In this document: in pieces, positions 58,601-64,000 of the stretch
Position numbering within the stretch: the stretch's first letter is position 1
Layout: each line of letters opens with the position of its first letter
Source of the DNA: Eledone cirrhosa
Taxonomy: Eukaryota
Direction of reading: 5' to 3'
DNA: 64,000 nt
Assembly: GCA_964016885.1 (NCBI GenBank)
Contig: OZ024743.1
Coordinates: 221,402,001-221,466,000, forward strand
Notes under the pieces: model-generated
Told to the model about the DNA's origin: nothing
Databases searched by the model: none
What the model saw: only the letters and a program-made list of their open reading frames with translations
Translations under genes and position numbers: made by a program

Positions 58601-59539
58601 ATATATATATACACACACGATAATGATAATGATGATGATATTTATATATCGAAGGAAATACCAATATACCCAACTATAAGCGTGATTATGAATTAACAGT
58701 TTATAAAACCTGCTGCTTCAGACTTAATACTTTTGGGAACTATGATATTATTGAGGTTTGCAAAGTTTGCTCCTGTTAATATGCCACTCGGGTAGAATAT
58801 TACGAGACACCCATTCAAAATCGCGTATAATTGAGAAAATATGGGCTCACAAAGCGGTGAACGTGACCCTGCTCTTGGAGAACTCTTGTCCTAGACATTT
58901 TAATCAAAAGTTCTACCATATTTACCAGCTTCATCACCGTTATTCTTCCATATAATATTCCAGAAATATATTTCAATGAAACGCTTTATTAAATTCCACA
59001 TCATCTCTCAATCTCTCGCTTACTACATATTCTACATATTCTATATATTCTATATATTCTATATATTCAATATGTATTTTTGTTCTCGTATGTGTAAGTT
59101 TGCGCGTTGTTGCTGTTGTTGTTGATGTTGATTTATCCATTCTATCCAATCATGATAATCTAAACTAAATGTAGGAATGCAGAGGATATAAATTGATTTG
59201 ACATTTTTACCAAAGAACACTTTAGTAACTAAATTTAGACTGCTGAAGAGAAATAATTTATATCGCTGATTTATTTATACATTATACATTTATACATTTA
59301 TACATTTATATATTTATATATTCATTTATTAATGCATATATTAGTTTATTTCTTCTCTTGTGTTTATTTCGTAGTTATCGTGTATTTTATTGTAGGCCTT
59401 TTTTTTTACCGAAAAAATCGATTTATGGTGAAGAGGATTTAATGAAATTCTGAAAAGATATTTTCGATTAAAACTTATATAAAATAACAGCAAACTTGAA
59501 TATGAAGATAGCGGGATGGTGGGGAGAGGGGGGAAATGA

Positions 59540-60204
59540 ATTGGTAGTGATGTTGGTGATGGTGGTGGTGGTGGTGGTGATGATGGTAGTGGTGGTAGTG
59601 GTGATGGTGATGGAGGTGATGATGATAGTGGTGGTGATGGTAGTGGTGGTAGTAGTGGTGGTGGTGGTAGTGGTGGTGGCGGTGGTGGTGGTGCTGGTGA
59701 TGCTAGTGGTGGTAGTGGTGGTGATGGTGGTGGTAGTGATGGTGGTGGTGGTGATAGTGGAGGTGGTGGTGGTGGTAGTGGTAGTGGTGGTGATGGTGTG
59801 GTAGTGGTGGTAGTAGTGGTGGTGGTGGTAGTGGTGATGGTGGTGGTGGTGGTGGTGGTGGTGGTGGTGGTGGTGGTGGTGATGCTAGTGGTGGTAGTGG
59901 TGGTAGTGGTGGTGGTGGTGATGATGGTGGCAGTGGTGATGATGGTAGTGGTGGTAGTGGTGATGGTGGCGGTGGTGGTGATGATGGTGGTGGTGGTAGT
60001 GGTGATGGTGGTGGTGGTGATGCTGGTGGTGGTGGTGATGATGGTGGTGGTGGTGGTGGTAATGGTGTGGTGGTAGTGGTGATGGTAGTGGTGGTGATGG
60101 TAGTGGTGGTTGTGGTGTTGGTGGTGGTGGTAGTAGTGGTGGTGGTGGTGGTGGTGGTGGTGGTGGTGCTTTTTGTGATGATGATTATGACGATGATGAT
60201 CAAG

Positions 60205-60235
<31 letters not shown>

Positions 60236-60558
60236 GATAAAATGGCTTTAATTACAGATTAGAAATAGAGAGTGTGTGGAGGTTGGGGATTAAACCTCTC
60301 TCGGTCGACATCAGTTGATTTTGTCAGAGATGCATTTTACCTTCTAAAACACAGAAGCTATATTTATTTAGATTAATAACAATAACCTTAATGATGATGA
60401 TGATGGTGATGATACTGATACGGATGGTGATGATACTGATGATGGTGATGATAATGATGATGATGATGATGATGATGGTGATGAGGGTGTGGGGATGTAG
60501 ATGATGATGGTGATACTGATAAGGATGATGATGATGTTGATGATGATGCTGCTGCTGT

Positions 60559-60639
<81 letters not shown>

Positions 60640-61110
60640 CGACGACGACGACGACGACGACGATGATGATGATGATTATGGTGATGGTGATGGTGATGTT
60701 GATACTGATGATGATGAAGGGGATGTAGAGGATGTTAGTGATACTGATAAGGATGATGATGATGTGAAGATGATGATGAGGAGGAGGAGGGGGGGAGGAG
60801 GTAGATGATGATGATGAAGAGAATGGAGTTTTACCAGAGAATGATGGCGATACTGATAATTATGATGATGATGATGATGATGATGATGAAGACGATCATA
60901 AAGAGCATGGTGGTGATACTGATAGTGATGATGATGATGATGATGATGATGATTATGAGGAGGAGGAGTAGGAGGGGGAGGAGGAGGGGTATGATAACGA
61001 TGGTGATGATAATGATGGTGATGATAATGATGATGATGAGGATGATGATGATGACGACGAATATGATGATAAGGATGATGATGAAAATGATGCTGGCGAT
61101 GATGACGATA
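59540..61110. repeat. (GGT)n/(GAT)n compound trinucleotide tracts
   Basis: Directly visible; source of the poly-V/M/H/P pseudo-ORFs. Confidence 0.95.
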
Positions 61111-61529
61111 ATAATTTATGGGAAACTTAGTGATTGTTTTATTTGAATCCAATAACGAACGTTCAATTTAACCCGCTCCCATAGCAACAGATAATTTTTC
61201 CATATAATTGGTTTTAAATTTATCAATTGTGAAAGACAAGTTAAGGCAAGTTGCATCGGATAGGGTAATTAATGATCCTGAAGAGCAGAGAGAGGGGGGG
61301 ATACTGAGAGAGAGGAGGAGATATATATAGAGAGAGGGGGAGAAAGTAAGTGAGAGGGTATTATATATGTGAGTGTGTGCGTGTGTATATAAATATATAT
61401 ATATATATACCTATATATGTATATATATATATAAATTTTTTTTTTTTTTTTTCATCTTGGTGGTATGGTCACTTATATACCTGAATTATTGTTGGCATTT
61501 CGCTTACATTAATTTTATTTTCATTTATA

Positions 61530-61577
<48 letters not shown>

Positions 61578-61618
61578 CATATACATACATATACACACAC
61601 ACACGCACACACATACAG

Positions 61619-61687
<69 letters not shown>

Positions 61688-62031
61688 TGTTGTAGTTTGC
61701 TTGAAGCATTGTTGAATTAGAAACACAAATTTAAATAATTTTAAAATTAGAGAGAGAGAAAAGCGAGAAAGAACGTTGTATATAGAGGGGGATAAGGGCG
61801 GTTTATATATATATATATTCAATGAAATATCTATGATCGTCGGCAAATCACTGATGAGGGACTTATTTTATTACATGTTATCCATGTGCAACCTGCAGTA
61901 TTCTTCTCCCCATTTTTTCATATATATATATATCGTCCCTTGTGGGTTTTTTTTAATGATAAACAACCTCTCTGATCTTTATATTATACATATTGGTGTA
62001 GTCTCGGTTACCCACTCCGTATGCGTATATA

Positions 62032-62120
<89 letters not shown>

Positions 62121-62222
62121 AAAAAGAGAAATAGGACGAAGGTAAACAGTTACAAAAGGATTTAATCCACGTATTAACAATTGTTTCATCAGAATTTCAG
62201 TCCATGATTGCTATACTATGTA

Positions 62223-62294
62223 TGGGGTCGATAAAATAAAGTACCAGTAATGTACTGGGTAATTGCTGGCCTTGTGCCAAAAGTAGAAACAATT
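62223..62294 (+). mobile_element. 72-bp 5'-truncated SINE with 16-bp TSD
   Basis: TSD attgctatactatgta at 62207-62222 and 62295-62310; matches the 3' end of the 22.6-kb SINEs; empty site present in the opposite arm (~62995-63015). Confidence 0.9.
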
Positions 62295-62740
62295 ATTGCT
62301 ATACTATGTAATAATAGGCAATCAAGAAAGATACTGTGGCATCCGAATTTTTAAAATACAAAGTTGAAATGACCTTAGGAAATGAAATAAGGGGTAGTAG
62401 TGTAAGATAGAGGAACATAGAGAGAGATGGGCAAAAGAGAGGGAGAGAGAGAAAAGGGACGGAGGTAGGGAGAGAAAGAGAAAGAGATAGGGTGGTGTGA
62501 GAGGATTTGTATAGAATATAGTTAAGTTACAAGAAGGGAGGGGGAGGAGGGTTGTGTGCTAAACGTTGTGATGAGTAGAGGGAGAGAGAAGGAAGATAGA
62601 ATTTTAAGTGGCAGTTGGTAGTGGACAGGCGAAAGTTTTACCAGAGAATAGATGAAGGAAGAAAGTATTAAATTTCATATATAGTCTATTTTTAGGAGTG
62701 TAGAATTGTTATTTAGGGTAGAAAAGGAAGAGAGGTAGTG

Positions 62741-62887
62741 TTAAGATTTAGTTGAAGGTTTGAAGTGTGAGAACTTCGCTTTTAGTTTATGCTGGCAAAA
62801 GATTGACCTTTCAATGTTGTTGTTGAGTAGTTGGTGGCCTGAGCTTAGGATATGGAAGAGCTCATTATTACACAACGGGCACGTTTT
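62741..62887 (-). pseudogene. C-terminal fragment of a PLE endonuclease domain (possibly Hydra-clade-like)
   Basis: Manual translation KTCPLCNNELFHILSSGHQLLNNNIERSIFCQHKLKAKFSHFKPSTKS*: CxxC..E...LLN...CxHKxK. Confidence 0.6.
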
Positions 62888-62947
62888 CTATGCTCCTCTA
62901 TCTTACACTACTACCCCTTATTTCATTTCCTAAGGTCATTTCAACTT

Positions 62948-63050
62948 TGTATTTTGAAAATTCGGATGCCACAGTATCTTTCTTGATTGCCTATTATTAC
63001 ATAGTGTAGCAATAATGGACTGAAATTCTGATGAAACAATTGTTAATACG
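62948..63050 (+). ncRNA. type I hammerhead with extended stem II and U3-A8 core variant
   Basis: tgtatt-TTGAAAA-t tcgga...tctga t-GAAA-caattg-TT-aatacg. Confidence 0.6.
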
Positions 63051-63226
63051 TGGATTAAATCCTTTTGTAACTGTTTACCTTCGTCCTATTTCTCTTTTTT
63101 GATTACACTCCTCGTTTGTTCGTGTTTCTACTACAGAATCCCTACCAACCTGTCGAGTCACCTTAACGTATATTGATAACTTTCCTCACAACTTGTTCTA
63201 CCAAGCTTTGGAATATTCCTAATTAC

Positions 63227-63320
<94 letters not shown>

Positions 63321-64000
63321 GAACGAAATGGGGAGATAAAGAGGCAGGAACAGACTATGTGACAGATAGGGACACAGACAGATAATTATGCGGATGTAGG
63401 AGTGTGCCCTACATTATAAGAACTTTATGGAAAATTCAATTCATTTATATCAGTAAAACAAAACACAAGACAAAAACTGGATTATTGGTGAGTTGTTTGA
63501 CTACAACAGTATAGCAGGGACAGTGGTGGTAACATGGCCGAATACATAAGAAGTTTGCTTCACAGTTCTAAAGCCTCGGTACGATTTCATTGTGTGGCAT
63601 CTTATGCAACAACCATTTATCCATAGTCGCGGGTTGGTCCAAGCATTAGGTATGAAATTCGGCTCACGAAAACTGTTTGGATCTCCGTTGTAATTCAAAG
63701 AGGTTAGTTATATCACTCATTGTGTCACGTTGAATTTCACGGTGAATTAACTTAAGGATACACGTGCCTTTATAATACGCATCTATTTTCAGGCTGATGT
63801 TATGAGCAAGCTCTTCCGTTGGTTGAACAATTGGAACACATTGCTGAAATCGAAGGTTAAATAAGTACAGAAACGAAAACCTTTGTAACATGTATTTTTT
63901 TTTTACAAGAAAACTAAAAAAATATCTAAAAATACAAGTAAGAAAATATATAATATAAAACTAAATAAAAGAAGGAAAAACTAAAAGTGAATGTAAAAGA

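Larger units (their letters stand above)
62117..63230 (-). mobile_element. 5'-truncated PLE with inverted pLTR, in (TA)n
   Basis: Inverted arms 62117-62421 and 62887-63103; ORF-end remnant between them; HHR in the arms. Confidence 0.75.

Noticed and set aside
63501-63891. Minus-strand exon (polypyrimidine tract + tttcag near 63843) and two short ORFs
   Set aside because: The ORFs run through a SINE-tail-like segment (gaaattcaacgtgacaca, also at ~8745) and show no recognisable protein motif.

Overview
AT-rich eukaryotic (animal) genomic DNA, almost entirely repetitive. It is dominated by (TA)n, (CA)n, (ATGT)n, (GA)n, (GGT)n and (GAT)n microsatellites, which explain nearly all ORFs in the supplied track. 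The SINEs and repeat make-up resemble octopus DNA (recognition from memory, not a database result). No convincing host protein-coding gene was found. Real coding signal is limited to transposons: a 5'-truncated Penelope-like element (PLE; RT + GIY-YIG, 55261-56721), a decayed relative (15.2-16.6 kb), the C-terminal remnant of a second PLE type (62.7-62.9 kb), and a decayed hAT transposon with TIRs and an 8-bp TSD (50584-53464). Also present are tRNA/CORE-type SINEs, bipartite RTE-derived elements, three minisatellites, and a 200-N gap flanked by a probable haplotype overlap. The main hidden signal is about 15 type I hammerhead ribozyme (HHR) motifs from many unrelated families, read by eye, mostly in short islands inside (TA)n tracts. 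They include versions with very long stem II and a U3-A8 core variant, two retrozyme-like direct-repeat units (593 and 470 nt), fold-back palindromes, and a shared ACTC...GAGT stem-loop about 45-50 nt from the 3' junction. Together these suggest a (TA)n-targeting network of non-autonomous ribozyme retroelements mobilised by PLEs. All RNA structures were paired manually and none is experimentally tested.
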